Made by a program: the position numbers and the translations under genes
Shown here: positions 30,617 through 39,388 of the stretch, in pieces
Layout of the letters: each line of letters begins with the position of its first letter
How positions within the stretch are numbered: position 1 is the stretch's first letter
The notes under the pieces: generated by a model
Told to the model about the DNA's origin: nothing
What the model saw: only the letters and a program-made list of their open reading frames with translations
Databases searched by the model: none
NCBI GenBank assembly: GCA_001787405.1
Contig: MFWV01000003.1
Span: 790-64,789 of the forward strand
DNA: 64,000 bases
Source of the DNA: Candidatus Pacebacteria bacterium RIFOXYA1_FULL_38_18
GTDB lineage: Bacteria > Patescibacteriota > Microgenomatia > UBA1400 > PJMF01
Reading direction: 5' to 3'

Positions 30617-31540
30617 ATGCACGAACAATTTAATCCTAATACAGGTAACGCCCCATTATTAAATGTTGAACTTCTTTTTGACGAATTACGAAAAGATTTG
30701 CCAGATGATCCTAATCTTCCTAATGATTTACAGAAGGTTATAAAAGGCCCAGAAGATTCTCAAAGAATATTTAATACTGCTTTACAGTATTGGCAAGAGG
30801 TATACAGCAAAGAAAAAGTTTTAAAAGCACTTTCGGTAATAGTAGCTAATGAGAAAGAGAGTGCTGATTTTTTTGAAGCAATGCAACTATTGAAGAGAAT
30901 AAGGAGACCTGGAAATATCTTACTTTCAGTTTTCTTAATGTTAGATAATGATCATTTTGCACCGGAAAAACACTGGAGAGTAATAAAGAATATAGGTAAA
31001 GTTCGTGATTATGCTGGAACAATTCATATTCAAGAATATACAGATAGATTACGCAGTGCGATAGAAGACTATTCTTTGAAAGAAACGGAAGATAGTTTTC
31101 AACCAGATTTCCAAACAGGTTTCGAAAGGTATATTTCAAAAACCATTGATCAGATGAGAAACATTGTGCTTACGGCGCAATCTGATGACGTTAGGGCACT
31201 TCATATACTAAGAAAAGATGGAACCAGGTTGCTAATGAATTTATTTCAAATGAGTTGTTTAGCTAATTTACATTTAGATCTAAATGTAAATCATTTCCAA
31301 ATGTTTGCTTATTTCAAAATGCTTGATAGTAAGTTGGGAGATGTACATGATGATGCAGAAGTAAAACGAATTCAACAAGCTGGTAACTACGATGGGGTTC
31401 AAATGATGGTTCCAGAAAAATTAAAAATTCAGATTTTAGAGGCTATTGATTTTCTTGGAAGAGAATGGCAACTAAACTTTGATAAATCAGCGGATAACAA
31501 ACCAGACCCATTCTCAAAAGATTACGATAAATATTTGTAG
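30617..31540 (+). CDS. Hypothetical protein (orphan gene in AT-rich context)
   Basis: 307-aa ORF with no recognised motifs. It is preceded by about 215 bp of AT-rich spacer. Confidence 0.6.
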   Translation: MHEQFNPNTGNAPLLNVELLFDELRKDLPDDPNLPNDLQKVIKGPEDSQRIFNTALQYWQEVYSKEKVLKALSVIVANEKESADFFEAMQLLKRIRRPGNILLSVFLMLDNDHFAPEKHWRVIKNIGKVRDYAGTIHIQEYTDRLRSAIEDYSLKETEDSFQPDFQTGFERYISKTIDQMRNIVLTAQSDDVRALHILRKDGTRLLMNLFQMSCLANLHLDLNVNHFQMFAYFKMLDSKLGDVHDDAEVKRIQQAGNYDGVQMMVPEKLKIQILEAIDFLGREWQLNFDKSADNKPDPFSKDYDKYL

Positions 31541-31620
31541 TTTTTTTATAACGGTAAAACATCTAAAAACTACTTATTTGGTGATATTAGACTAGTCTAC
31601 CAGAACTTTTTGGCTTGTTG

Positions 31621-31703
31621 CGGAGGTGGTGGGATTCGAACCCACGGAGCCTCGCGGCTCACGCTTTCCAAGCGTGTGCAATTGACCACTATGCGACACC
31701 TCC
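31621..31703 (-). tRNA. tRNA-Ser (anticodon GGA)
   Basis: Hand-folded cloverleaf. Acceptor stem GGAGGTG/CACCTCC; anticodon loop TTGGAAA; long variable arm; T-arm GTGGGTTCGAATCCCAC; CCA not encoded. Confidence 0.9.
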
Positions 31704-31729
31704 TCAGAAGGGTATTATACCCAACTTTT

Positions 31730-32668
31730 TCAATTAATCTTTTGTTTAATTCCTTCGTACAAAGCTTGGGTCATTTTGGGAAGATCGAATTCATGTTTCC
31801 AACCCCAATCATTTCTGGCGGACGAATCATCGATGGTCTGTGGCCAGCCTTCAGCAATTTTTTGACGACTATCTGGTTTAAACTCTACTTTGAAATCTGG
31901 GGCAAACTTCAGAATTTCTTGATAAAGTTCTTCTGGTGTGAAACTGATGGCAGCAAAGTTATAACTAGTGCGAATCGTGATTTTTTCTGAAGGAGCTGCC
32001 ATGAGTGCCAGGGTGCCTTTGATAGCATCGTCCATGTACATCATGGGTAGGCGAGCATCAGCTTGTAAGAAACATTCATAGTAATTGTCTTTTACCAAGC
32101 CATAGAAAATATGAATAGCATATTCGGTGGTGCCATCGCCTGGTTTAGCTTTATAGCCATTGAGTCCTGGATAGCGCAGACTTCTGACATCTACTCCATA
32201 TTTTTCAAAATAGTATTGGCACAACAGCTCGCCCGTGACTTTGGTAACTCCATACATGGTGGTTGGTTCAAGGGAAGTGTGTTGGGGGACATTTTGTTTG
32301 GGCGTGCTAGGGCCAAAAGCAGCAATAGAGCTGGGCCAGAAAACTTTGAGTTGATGCTCTTTGGCCAAATCAAGCACGTGCTTCAAACCATCAACATTGA
32401 TTTCCCAAGCAAGATCTGGCTGTTTTTCTCCACCAGCAGAAAGTAAGCCGGCCAAGTGATAAATTTCTCCGATATCATGTTTTTTGACTAGATCAGCCAT
32501 CAATTTACTGTCACGGACATCGCCTTTTTCTAGAATGCCTTTGAAATCTGAACTGACTGTTTCGCGAGCAAGAGCCACGACTGAATCTGGTCCAAACTTT
32601 TTTTGCAACTCAGGTACTAGGTCACTGCCTACCAAACCAAATGCTCCTGTAACCAAAATGCGTTTCAT
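31730..32668 (-). CDS. NAD-dependent epimerase/dehydratase family protein, L-threonine 3-dehydrogenase-like
   Basis: Rossmann fold (ILVTGAFGLVG) and a YGVTK catalytic motif, with overall similarity to the extended-SDR TDH/GalE-like pattern. Confidence 0.75.
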   Translation of the reverse strand: MKRILVTGAFGLVGSDLVPELQKKFGPDSVVALARETVSSDFKGILEKGDVRDSKLMADLVKKHDIGEIYHLAGLLSAGGEKQPDLAWEINVDGLKHVLDLAKEHQLKVFWPSSIAAFGPSTPKQNVPQHTSLEPTTMYGVTKVTGELLCQYYFEKYGVDVRSLRYPGLNGYKAKPGDGTTEYAIHIFYGLVKDNYYECFLQADARLPMMYMDDAIKGTLALMAAPSEKITIRTSYNFAAISFTPEELYQEILKFAPDFKVEFKPDSRQKIAEGWPQTIDDSSARNDWGWKHEFDLPKMTQALYEGIKQKIN

Positions 32669-32726
32669 GAGATTTCCTTTCCAAAAATTTTTATTTATTC
32701 AATTTTACTATACAGGCAATCAAGTT

Positions 32727-33242
32727 TTAATTTCGATGAAATTGAACACCTCGTACGGAGCCTCTCCCAGGTGAAGGAAGGTCTTCTTTTTCTAGCTGTT
32801 GATAAAAACGGCGCATCGGTTCGTGACGAGACCAAAAATCATTTAATCCCCAAAAATCTATTAGAAAACCTGTCAAGAAAATCGCAATGATAAAACCAAC
32901 TACGATCAGACCAAAGTTTTTTTGATAAGAAAAATCATATTTTTTTAATAACCACACTCCCAATACGATACCGAGAATGGCCAAGATAGGCACCCACCAT
33001 GGAAAATTGCTGAGCATGAATTGTAAGCGCCAACCTTGCATAGGTCCGCGTCTGCGAATCAGGAAAAAAATTAAATTGGTTAGAAAAGTTGCCATCATAG
33101 TCAAGCCCACCAAACCACCGATCATACTCAAAGAACCCAGCACGAAGTACCAACGAGGTTTCATCGTAATTTCTCCGGATTTGACTTTGGCCATCACGGT
33201 TTTTTCCAAATCAACTGGTGTCTTTTTTATTTTTTTTGACAT
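32727..33242 (-). CDS. Membrane protein, putative anti-sigma factor
   Basis: It overlaps the 3' end of the ECF sigma gene and is co-transcribed with it. Multiple TM helices. Confidence 0.5.
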   Translation of the reverse strand: MSKKIKKTPVDLEKTVMAKVKSGEITMKPRWYFVLGSLSMIGGLVGLTMMATFLTNLIFFLIRRRGPMQGWRLQFMLSNFPWWVPILAILGIVLGVWLLKKYDFSYQKNFGLIVVGFIIAIFLTGFLIDFWGLNDFWSRHEPMRRFYQQLEKEDLPSPGRGSVRGVQFHRN

Positions 33243-33775
33243 ATTTTTTTAATAATTACTTTAGCTCGATTGATTCTTGTGCCCACTGTGCCGATTGGTA
33301 TTTTCAATATATCACTTATTTCTTCGTATGATTTTTCTTCTAAATAATAAAGTGATAATGGTTCTCGGTAAATTAATGAAATTTGATTAAGACAATTTTG
33401 AGCTCGAAGAATCAATTCTTTTTTGATTAAACTATCTTCCAAATCAACACCGTCATCAATGGCTTCAAATTCCTTTATACTCATTGCTTGGTTGTTTTTA
33501 GTTTTATTGATTAAATTCATTGCTTCATTGTGAACAATGCGATAAATCCAGCTAGAAAATTTCTTTTTCAAATCAAAACTTTGCAAATTAACATATGCTT
33601 TAATGAAACTATCTTGAACAACATCAGCAGCTTGATGTTCGTCATTTATCAGATAGAGAGCATAACGCATTAGTTTGGTTTGATATCTTTTAATAATTTC
33701 AGCATAAATTTCTTTATTGTCAGTGCGAACAATCTCAACCACTTTTTCATCTGATAATTTGGATATGTTTTTCAT
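33227..33775 (-). CDS. RNA polymerase ECF-type sigma factor
   Basis: Sigma-70 region 2 (DVVQDSFIKAYVNL...WIYRIVHNEAMN) and region 4 HTH (SYEEISDILKIPIGTVGTRINRAK). Confidence 0.85.
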   Translation of the reverse strand: MKNISKLSDEKVVEIVRTDNKEIYAEIIKRYQTKLMRYALYLINDEHQAADVVQDSFIKAYVNLQSFDLKKKFSSWIYRIVHNEAMNLINKTKNNQAMSIKEFEAIDDGVDLEDSLIKKELILRAQNCLNQISLIYREPLSLYYLEEKSYEEISDILKIPIGTVGTRINRAKVIIKKICQKK

Positions 33776-33877
33776 GTTCGAATCTGTTCGGTTTAACCAC
33801 AGTGAATAAAGATATTTTTAAACTACCGACGCCCCACTAGTATATAGATGGGGCATCGGTTTTGCGAACAACCGTGA

Positions 33878-34255
33878 TTAACGGTTCATTCTGCCATGTT
33901 TCATTCCTTGACCCTGACCAGCACCAGTACCATTTTGCTGATTCAGACCAAGTTCTGCTCTGATTTTTTGGGCTTCTTCTACATTACCCTGTTGGGCTAG
34001 TTGATGAGCCTCAGCAAATTGAGCAAAATTTTGCTCATTGATGCGTTGGGTTATTCCTCTGCCAGACATCAGTTCTTGCCAAGCTTGATAATCTTTATTT
34101 TCAAAGGCTTTGATCATTGCCTCGTGACGCTCTGGTGTATAGTTGGGACCTTGAGCGTTGGGGTCACCTTTGTAGGCAAGCACTGTTTGGGGCAAAAGAA
34201 TTACACCACCCAAAATCAATGCGGTAGCTCCGAGGAGCATTGCTTTTTTATTCAT
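33878..34255 (-). CDS. Small secreted protein (signal peptide), Q/G-rich C-terminus
   Basis: The N-terminus (MNKKAMLLGATALILGGVILLPQTVLA) looks like a signal peptide; function unknown. Confidence 0.6.
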   Translation of the reverse strand: MNKKAMLLGATALILGGVILLPQTVLAYKGDPNAQGPNYTPERHEAMIKAFENKDYQAWQELMSGRGITQRINEQNFAQFAEAHQLAQQGNVEEAQKIRAELGLNQQNGTGAGQGQGMKHGRMNR

Positions 34256-34400
34256 ATCTTCCTTTCTAAAAAGATACTTATTACTACTATCTACTAGTAA
34301 TACAAGTTAGTAGCTCATTTTCTTTCAAGCAAAAATTAAGCTTCTCAAAATTGATTATCGATTTGAAATTTAAAGATTGAAAAGTTTTGTGAAAAAGATT

Positions 34401-35030
34401 CTAGTTAGTGCCAAAATATCTATCTCCATAATCGCCCAGACCAGGCACAATATAACAGTGATCATTCAAACAATCATCCAAAGCAGCGGTAAAGATTTTT
34501 ACTTCAGGAAATTCTTTTTTGATGGCTTTGACTCCTTCTGGAGCTGCCACGACACTGACGATCGACATAGATTTGGGATGTTGAGGGGCAATTTGACGAA
34601 GTAAGTGACCGAGTGATCCGCCGGTAGCCAACATGGGATCGGTAACAATGACCACGCTATTTTTAGTAATCTTGGGTAGTTTCCAGTAATATTGATGAGC
34701 TATTGCTGTTACTTCATCTCTCTCCAGCCCAATAAAACCAATTTTTGATTTTGGTAACAAGCGCAAGGCTCCAAATAGCATAGCCAAGCCAGCTCTTAAT
34801 ACTGGCACTACAATTACCTCATCTGTGAGTTTTTTGCCCTGAGTGGTTTTGAGAGGAGTGGTGATTTTTATTTGATTGGTATTCAAATCTTGGAGAGCTT
34901 CAAAGAAAAGTAGCTCGCAAAGTTTGTCGGAATAATGGCGAAATTCTTGGAGGCTGGTTTGTTGACAGCGCAGGTGAGTTAAAGAATCTTGAATGAGAGG
35001 GTGTCTGATGACATTAAGTTTCGAAGACAT
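34401..35030 (-). CDS. upp: Uracil phosphoribosyltransferase
   Basis: PRPP-binding VIVTDPMLATGGS motif and C-terminal YIVPGLGDYGDRYFGT. Confidence 0.93.
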   Translation of the reverse strand: MSSKLNVIRHPLIQDSLTHLRCQQTSLQEFRHYSDKLCELLFFEALQDLNTNQIKITTPLKTTQGKKLTDEVIVVPVLRAGLAMLFGALRLLPKSKIGFIGLERDEVTAIAHQYYWKLPKITKNSVVIVTDPMLATGGSLGHLLRQIAPQHPKSMSIVSVVAAPEGVKAIKKEFPEVKIFTAALDDCLNDHCYIVPGLGDYGDRYFGTN

Positions 35031-35118
35031 TAAAAAGGAATTATATTACAAAATGACTATTTTTGCTCCAGTAAAATCTTTTTTTTGGCAAAAATCTATC
35101 AAAAATGATGATTTTAAT

Positions 35119-35622
35119 TTATTTTTTTGTTTGCAATTGTGCCTGCACGGCTTTAACTGCTTCATTCATACCCGGATATCTGAATAAAGGCGGATTGCTG
35201 GCCAAGATTTCTTCTGGAGTCAGCCATTTGGCTGCAAAGATATCTTCTTGGGCAGGATTGTGATCAAAATTGAACTTAAGTTTTTTTCCTTTAACCTGAC
35301 ATTGATAACCGATGCACACGATTTGCACGCCTTTGGTGGGATTGTCCAAATGTGATACTACAAAATCCCAAGCACCAACCACCTGACCCACCTCAATTTC
35401 CAGCCCAATTTCTTCCTTTACCTCTCGTTTCAAACCAGTGATCAGAGATTCTCCCAAGTCAAGACCTCCTCCAGGAAAATCATGAATTATTTGTTCGTCA
35501 TCAGGATGATCTTTTGCCAATCGTTCTTGAACAACCAAGATTTTTCCTTCGTTGACGATCAAAGCTTTTACTCCGGTTCGAATACGACTAAGGCTTTTAA
35601 TTTTTCTTGGTAATTTCAACAT
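35119..35622 (-). CDS. NUDIX hydrolase
   Basis: Nudix box GGGLDLGESLITGLKREVKEEIGLEI. Confidence 0.85.
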   Translation of the reverse strand: MLKLPRKIKSLSRIRTGVKALIVNEGKILVVQERLAKDHPDDEQIIHDFPGGGLDLGESLITGLKREVKEEIGLEIEVGQVVGAWDFVVSHLDNPTKGVQIVCIGYQCQVKGKKLKFNFDHNPAQEDIFAAKWLTPEEILASNPPLFRYPGMNEAVKAVQAQLQTKK

Positions 35623-35738
35623 AGTTGCAAGTTTAACATAAAAAAGAAGGGAAATTATTAATGAGTCTTTTGGGAAGTACTGGAAGGAATTAGAAATACT
35701 GGATTTATTTTTTATTCATTGAGTATTAAAATATATTT

Positions 35739-35930
35739 ATGTCTGAATCAAAGAAACCTGAATCAAAAAAACCAATTTTTACCACTTACAAAGATTCTAA
35801 AACTGGTGAGATAAGTGTTGCGGAAGTGATTCTAAAAGATGAGTATGAGCGACGAATGCGCGAAAAACCACTTGATCAACTACCAATTTCTGAAGACAAT
35901 TTAAATCCTCCCAAACCAAATTCAAACTAA
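35739..35930 (+). CDS. Small hypothetical protein (63 aa)
   Basis: ORF with an AT-rich promoter-like upstream region; no homology recognised. Confidence 0.4.
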   Translation: MSESKKPESKKPIFTTYKDSKTGEISVAEVILKDEYERRMREKPLDQLPISEDNLNPPKPNSN

Positions 35931-35939
35931 AATTGAATT

Positions 35940-35988
35940 TGGCGGAAGCGGTGGGATTCGAACCCACGATGCCGTGAGGCGCCGGTTT
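35940..35988 (-). repeat. tRNA-Ser 3'-half remnant (48/49 nt identical to the 3' half of tRNA-Ser(TGA) at 56266-56351, including CCA)
   Basis: tggcggaagcggtgggattcgaacccacgatgccgtgaggcgccggttt matches the acceptor/T-arm/variable arm of the intact gene and then diverges exactly at the anticodon stem. Confidence 0.8.
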
Positions 35989-35998
35989 AACAGAATTA

Positions 35999-37678
35999 TT
36001 AATTAACCAATAATTCTTGATGAACAACGTTTATCAAAGGACGAGATTGTTTGAGATCAATTTCAGCACTCCATACAGACAAATTTTGTCCATAAGTAAT
36101 TTGTTTCAATGTGTTATCAGTAATGGAATAAGATTTTACAAAACGATCAATGCATTCTTTTTGTATTAGTGTGGATTTAGTTCGATGATCGCAAATCATA
36201 TAAATGATTTTTGGGTATTTATTAATTGGAGTATGGTTTAAACCGTAGCTTATATTTTCAACCAGTGGTTGCTTGAAGCTTCGTTCTAAGTAGTACCAGA
36301 CCCCACTTGTGCCCCAGCCGTCAAATGGCATATTTTTAGTTGTTGTGTACCAGGTTAGAAATAAATTAGGTTGTGAAGAAATTGTTTTTGGGTAATGATT
36401 CAAATAATCATCGTAAATTATTTGAGCAATCTCTTTTTGTTGATCATGATAAGAACGTGAGGGCAAATTGCTGTAAATAGTTTTTGTAGTGGAGATGATC
36501 ATAAGCAGAATGCTCGCAATGGTTAAAAACCATCCCAAAACAGGTTTTAGATTAATTGTTGATTTTAAAGAAAAAGCAAGTGCCACCAGAAAGAAGGGAA
36601 ATACTGAAAGAAGATATGTCTCTGATACGTAATGTTTGTAAAAAATAAAAAGAAAAATTGAAAAACATATTGAAATTATAAAAATAGTTATCTTTTGAAA
36701 ATTTTTGGCTTTGCTCATATTTATTTTAAATTTTTGATGCCAAAGTGCTGTTGCGATCAAAATTAACAACGAGAGGAATAAAAAAAACATAGTTGAATTG
36801 GAGGCATGGTTTCCCCAGATCATTCGATTGATTGAGTGCAAAACATGCTGTATTTGTGCCAGAGCTGAAAGCTCATATTTTGTTTTAAAATTAGAAATAA
36901 AAAAATAAATTTGATCTAAGGGAAGTGATTGATAGGTCAGCATTATCCACGACCAAAAAATTCCGATAAAAGTAATTATTGGAATGAAAGTTGTTTTGAA
37001 CAAAACCTTTTTAGTCTTTATGTTTAAGTGCAGCCAACAATAAATAGTGAAGATAAAACCCAGCGGAAGTATGAGGAGTGCTCCATAGTGAAAATGAAGG
37101 GGAGCTAAAAGAAAAAAAATGATCAATAAAAGATATTTTAAATGATATTTTTTTTCTTTTAGGTACGAGATGCTAGCCCAAATAAAAGCGGTCGAAAACA
37201 GTAATAAAAGATGAGGTTGCAGCAGCTCTCTACTACTAGAGATCATTTGAGAATTTATAGCTAGCAAACTGGCAAGAATCAAGCCAGTTGTTTTGTCTTG
37301 TGCCTTTTTACCTATAAAGTATCCAAATAGAACCGGAGTGGTCATTAATATTGTCCAGAAATACATGAAAAATAATGGATTTGGTATGAAAAGCCAGATT
37401 AGAGCAACAAAATAATAGTAAATAGGAGAATTGTTAAGCCACTCCATTCCGCCTGAGGCTAAAGGACCGCGAGTGGGGTATTCATTGTTGTTGACTATAT
37501 GATCGGCCACCAACATGTCTCTGCTTTCATCATAACCATTTTGTAACCAGACTGATTTGTCGATTTGATACAATCGAAAACCCAAAGCAATAAGAACAAT
37601 TAACCACAAAATAATCTGTGGAAAAACCTTAGCAAGGGCGGACATTTTTGAGGTTTTTTTAAAGGTTGAAGGCAGCAT
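35999..37678 (-). CDS. GT39/PMT/ArnT-like integral-membrane glycosyltransferase (GT-C fold), low-GC gene
   Basis: 559 aa with more than 10 TM helices in the N-terminal two-thirds and a soluble C-terminal domain. Architecture and early DE/YDE motifs are typical of polyprenyl-phosphate-sugar dependent GT-C enzymes. Composition is markedly more AT-rich than its neighbours. Confidence 0.6.
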   Translation of the reverse strand: MLPSTFKKTSKMSALAKVFPQIILWLIVLIALGFRLYQIDKSVWLQNGYDESRDMLVADHIVNNNEYPTRGPLASGGMEWLNNSPIYYYFVALIWLFIPNPLFFMYFWTILMTTPVLFGYFIGKKAQDKTTGLILASLLAINSQMISSSRELLQPHLLLLFSTAFIWASISYLKEKKYHLKYLLLIIFFLLAPLHFHYGALLILPLGFIFTIYCWLHLNIKTKKVLFKTTFIPIITFIGIFWSWIMLTYQSLPLDQIYFFISNFKTKYELSALAQIQHVLHSINRMIWGNHASNSTMFFLFLSLLILIATALWHQKFKINMSKAKNFQKITIFIISICFSIFLFIFYKHYVSETYLLSVFPFFLVALAFSLKSTINLKPVLGWFLTIASILLMIISTTKTIYSNLPSRSYHDQQKEIAQIIYDDYLNHYPKTISSQPNLFLTWYTTTKNMPFDGWGTSGVWYYLERSFKQPLVENISYGLNHTPINKYPKIIYMICDHRTKSTLIQKECIDRFVKSYSITDNTLKQITYGQNLSVWSAEIDLKQSRPLINVVHQELLVN

Positions 37679-37729
37679 ATAATTTAAAAACTCGTCAAAA
37701 AATCCTACTTCGTAGAACTTTTAGCTTAC

Positions 37730-37798
37730 TGGCGGAAGCGGTGGGATTCCCCGCATACGTCGCTTCGCTCCTCTGACGGGGTAAACTTCTCATCCCAC
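37730..37798 (-). repeat. Second tRNA-Ser 3'-end remnant (20 nt incl. CCA) fused to a 49-nt nested inverted-repeat hairpin
   Basis: tggcggaagcggtgggattc repeats the 3' end of the remnant at 35940 and of tRNA-Ser(GCT) at 37848. It is followed by gtgggat...ccccg...cgggg...atcccac nested inverted repeats. Confidence 0.7.
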
Positions 37799-37847
37799 AA
37801 CCATATAATCAACTAGTTTTACCTTACGGTAAAACTACTTAATTATG

Positions 37848-37933
37848 CGGAAGCGGTGGGATTCGAACCCACGAACCGGAAATTCCGGTCAGGTTTAGCA
37901 AACCTGTGCAATTGGCCACTATGCGACGCTTCC
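37848..37933 (-). tRNA. tRNA-Ser (anticodon GCT)
   Basis: Cloverleaf: acceptor GGAAGCG/CGCTTCC, anticodon loop TTGCTAA, long variable arm ACCGGAATTTCCGGTTC, canonical T-arm. Confidence 0.9.
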
Positions 37934-38065
37934 TTTAGTGGATGGCCAAATTATACCAGTTAAAACTAGGCTCTACAGAGTAAAGCTTGGTAGTTGTTAC
38001 TTGTTAGTTTTTCGCATCTAAGTTAATCTGATCTTGATAGAGTAGGATACAAAAAAGGAGGAGAA

Positions 38066-38590
38066 ATGGCAGAAAATTCTATGGATACTCCGGTAGAAGC
38101 TCAGGCTGATAAAAAAATGAGCACGATTGCTGTGCTTGGTATTTTTTTAGTGGTTGGTTTGGTGGCTTTTGTGATGATGAATAGTAGCCAGGTAGGTCAA
38201 AAGAATGATCTTGAAGCCCTGCCAGAAGCAGCGGTAACAGAAGAATCACTGGTGCCAAACGAGGAAGAAGTAGGAGAAGCAACTGAAGAAGGAACTATGG
38301 AAAAAGAACAAAATACTCTGCAAGAAATTGCCATAGAAGGTGGCAATTATTATTACAAACCTGATAAGTTGAGTGTTAACTTGGGCGATACGGTGCGCAT
38401 CACTTTCAGTTCTGTAGATATGCCTCACGATTTCAATATTGATGAATTAAATGTTCATTCTGAAATTCTGGAAAATGATTCTGCAGTAATTGAGTTTATT
38501 GCTGATCAAGTGGGCGAGTTTGAGTTTTATTGCAGTGTGGGTCAACATCGTCAATTGGGGATGATTGGTACTTTGACGGTAAATGAATAA
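38066..38590 (+). CDS. Membrane-anchored cupredoxin (type-1 copper) domain protein
   Basis: N-terminal TM. The C-terminal domain carries His (MPHDF), Cys-x2-His (YCSVGQH) and Met (LGM) ligands at plastocyanin/azurin-like spacing. Confidence 0.7.
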   Translation: MAENSMDTPVEAQADKKMSTIAVLGIFLVVGLVAFVMMNSSQVGQKNDLEALPEAAVTEESLVPNEEEVGEATEEGTMEKEQNTLQEIAIEGGNYYYKPDKLSVNLGDTVRITFSSVDMPHDFNIDELNVHSEILENDSAVIEFIADQVGEFEFYCSVGQHRQLGMIGTLTVNE

Positions 38591-38706
38591 CGGCTTTGGT
38601 ACTTTGGACAAGTGATGTACTGCTTGGTTTTATTACAAATCCTTTGTTATTATTAACTGTCTTAATTTTATTAAAAATCAGATACTATTTTATAGAAAGG
38701 TAATTC

Positions 38707-39384
38707 ATGACTGGTGAAACAAAAGCTTTGATTGGGATTAGTTTGGTCACGTTTCTCATTTTTATTGGTGGAATTGTGATGCTCAATCGTAAAAACACGG
38801 TCGTCCTAGAACCTCAGAATATTGATCCAACGGTTTTGATTAGGGAAGATAGTCATCTTTTGCAAGCAGAAGATGAGCGAGTGATGCTAGTAGAATTTGC
38901 TGATTTTCAATGCTCATTTTGTGCCAGTGCGCATCCCATCATTAGTCAATTATTACTCACCTATCCAGATAAATTGAGTTTTGTGGCGCGTCATTTTCCA
39001 CTTTCACAATACCAGCATTCTATGCTTTCGGCTGAAGCAGCTGAGGCAGCTGGTGATCAAGGTAAGTTTTGGGAGATGTATGACCTGATTTATACTCATC
39101 AAGCTGATTGGGAGAGTGCTAGTAATGATGAAGCTAGAGCAATTTTTGTCAGCTTTGCTGAGCAGTTGGAACTCAATTTGGAACAATTCAATACTGCTTT
39201 GGACAATCACACTTTTCGTGACAAAGTTTTACGTGATGCTGCAGATGGAAATGCAGCTGGAGTGACTGGCACACCTGCTTTTTTTGTAGATGGAGTTAGA
39301 TTTACTGGTTCATTGCAAAACCTAGTCACTTTGATTGAAGCTAGAATTAATACAACAGAGGAAGTTGTAGAGAACGAAAATTAA
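38707..39384 (+). CDS. DsbA-family thiol:disulfide oxidoreductase (membrane-anchored)
   Basis: N-terminal TM and a thioredoxin CxxC motif in context FADFQCSFCASAHP; DsbA-like length. Confidence 0.8.
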   Translation: MTGETKALIGISLVTFLIFIGGIVMLNRKNTVVLEPQNIDPTVLIREDSHLLQAEDERVMLVEFADFQCSFCASAHPIISQLLLTYPDKLSFVARHFPLSQYQHSMLSAEAAEAAGDQGKFWEMYDLIYTHQADWESASNDEARAIFVSFAEQLELNLEQFNTALDNHTFRDKVLRDAADGNAAGVTGTPAFFVDGVRFTGSLQNLVTLIEARINTTEEVVENEN

Positions 39385-39388
39385 ATCA

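Noticed and set aside
31610-31990. 126-aa '+' ORF (MACCGGGGIRTHGAS...)
   Set aside because: It begins inside tRNA-Ser(GGA) and runs antisense to the epimerase gene, so it is spurious.
37730-37798. Intron-containing tRNA (T-loop insertion)
   Set aside because: No D-arm or anticodon arm follows the T-arm-like segment, and bacterial tRNA introns are group I in the anticodon loop. It is interpreted instead as a recombination remnant.
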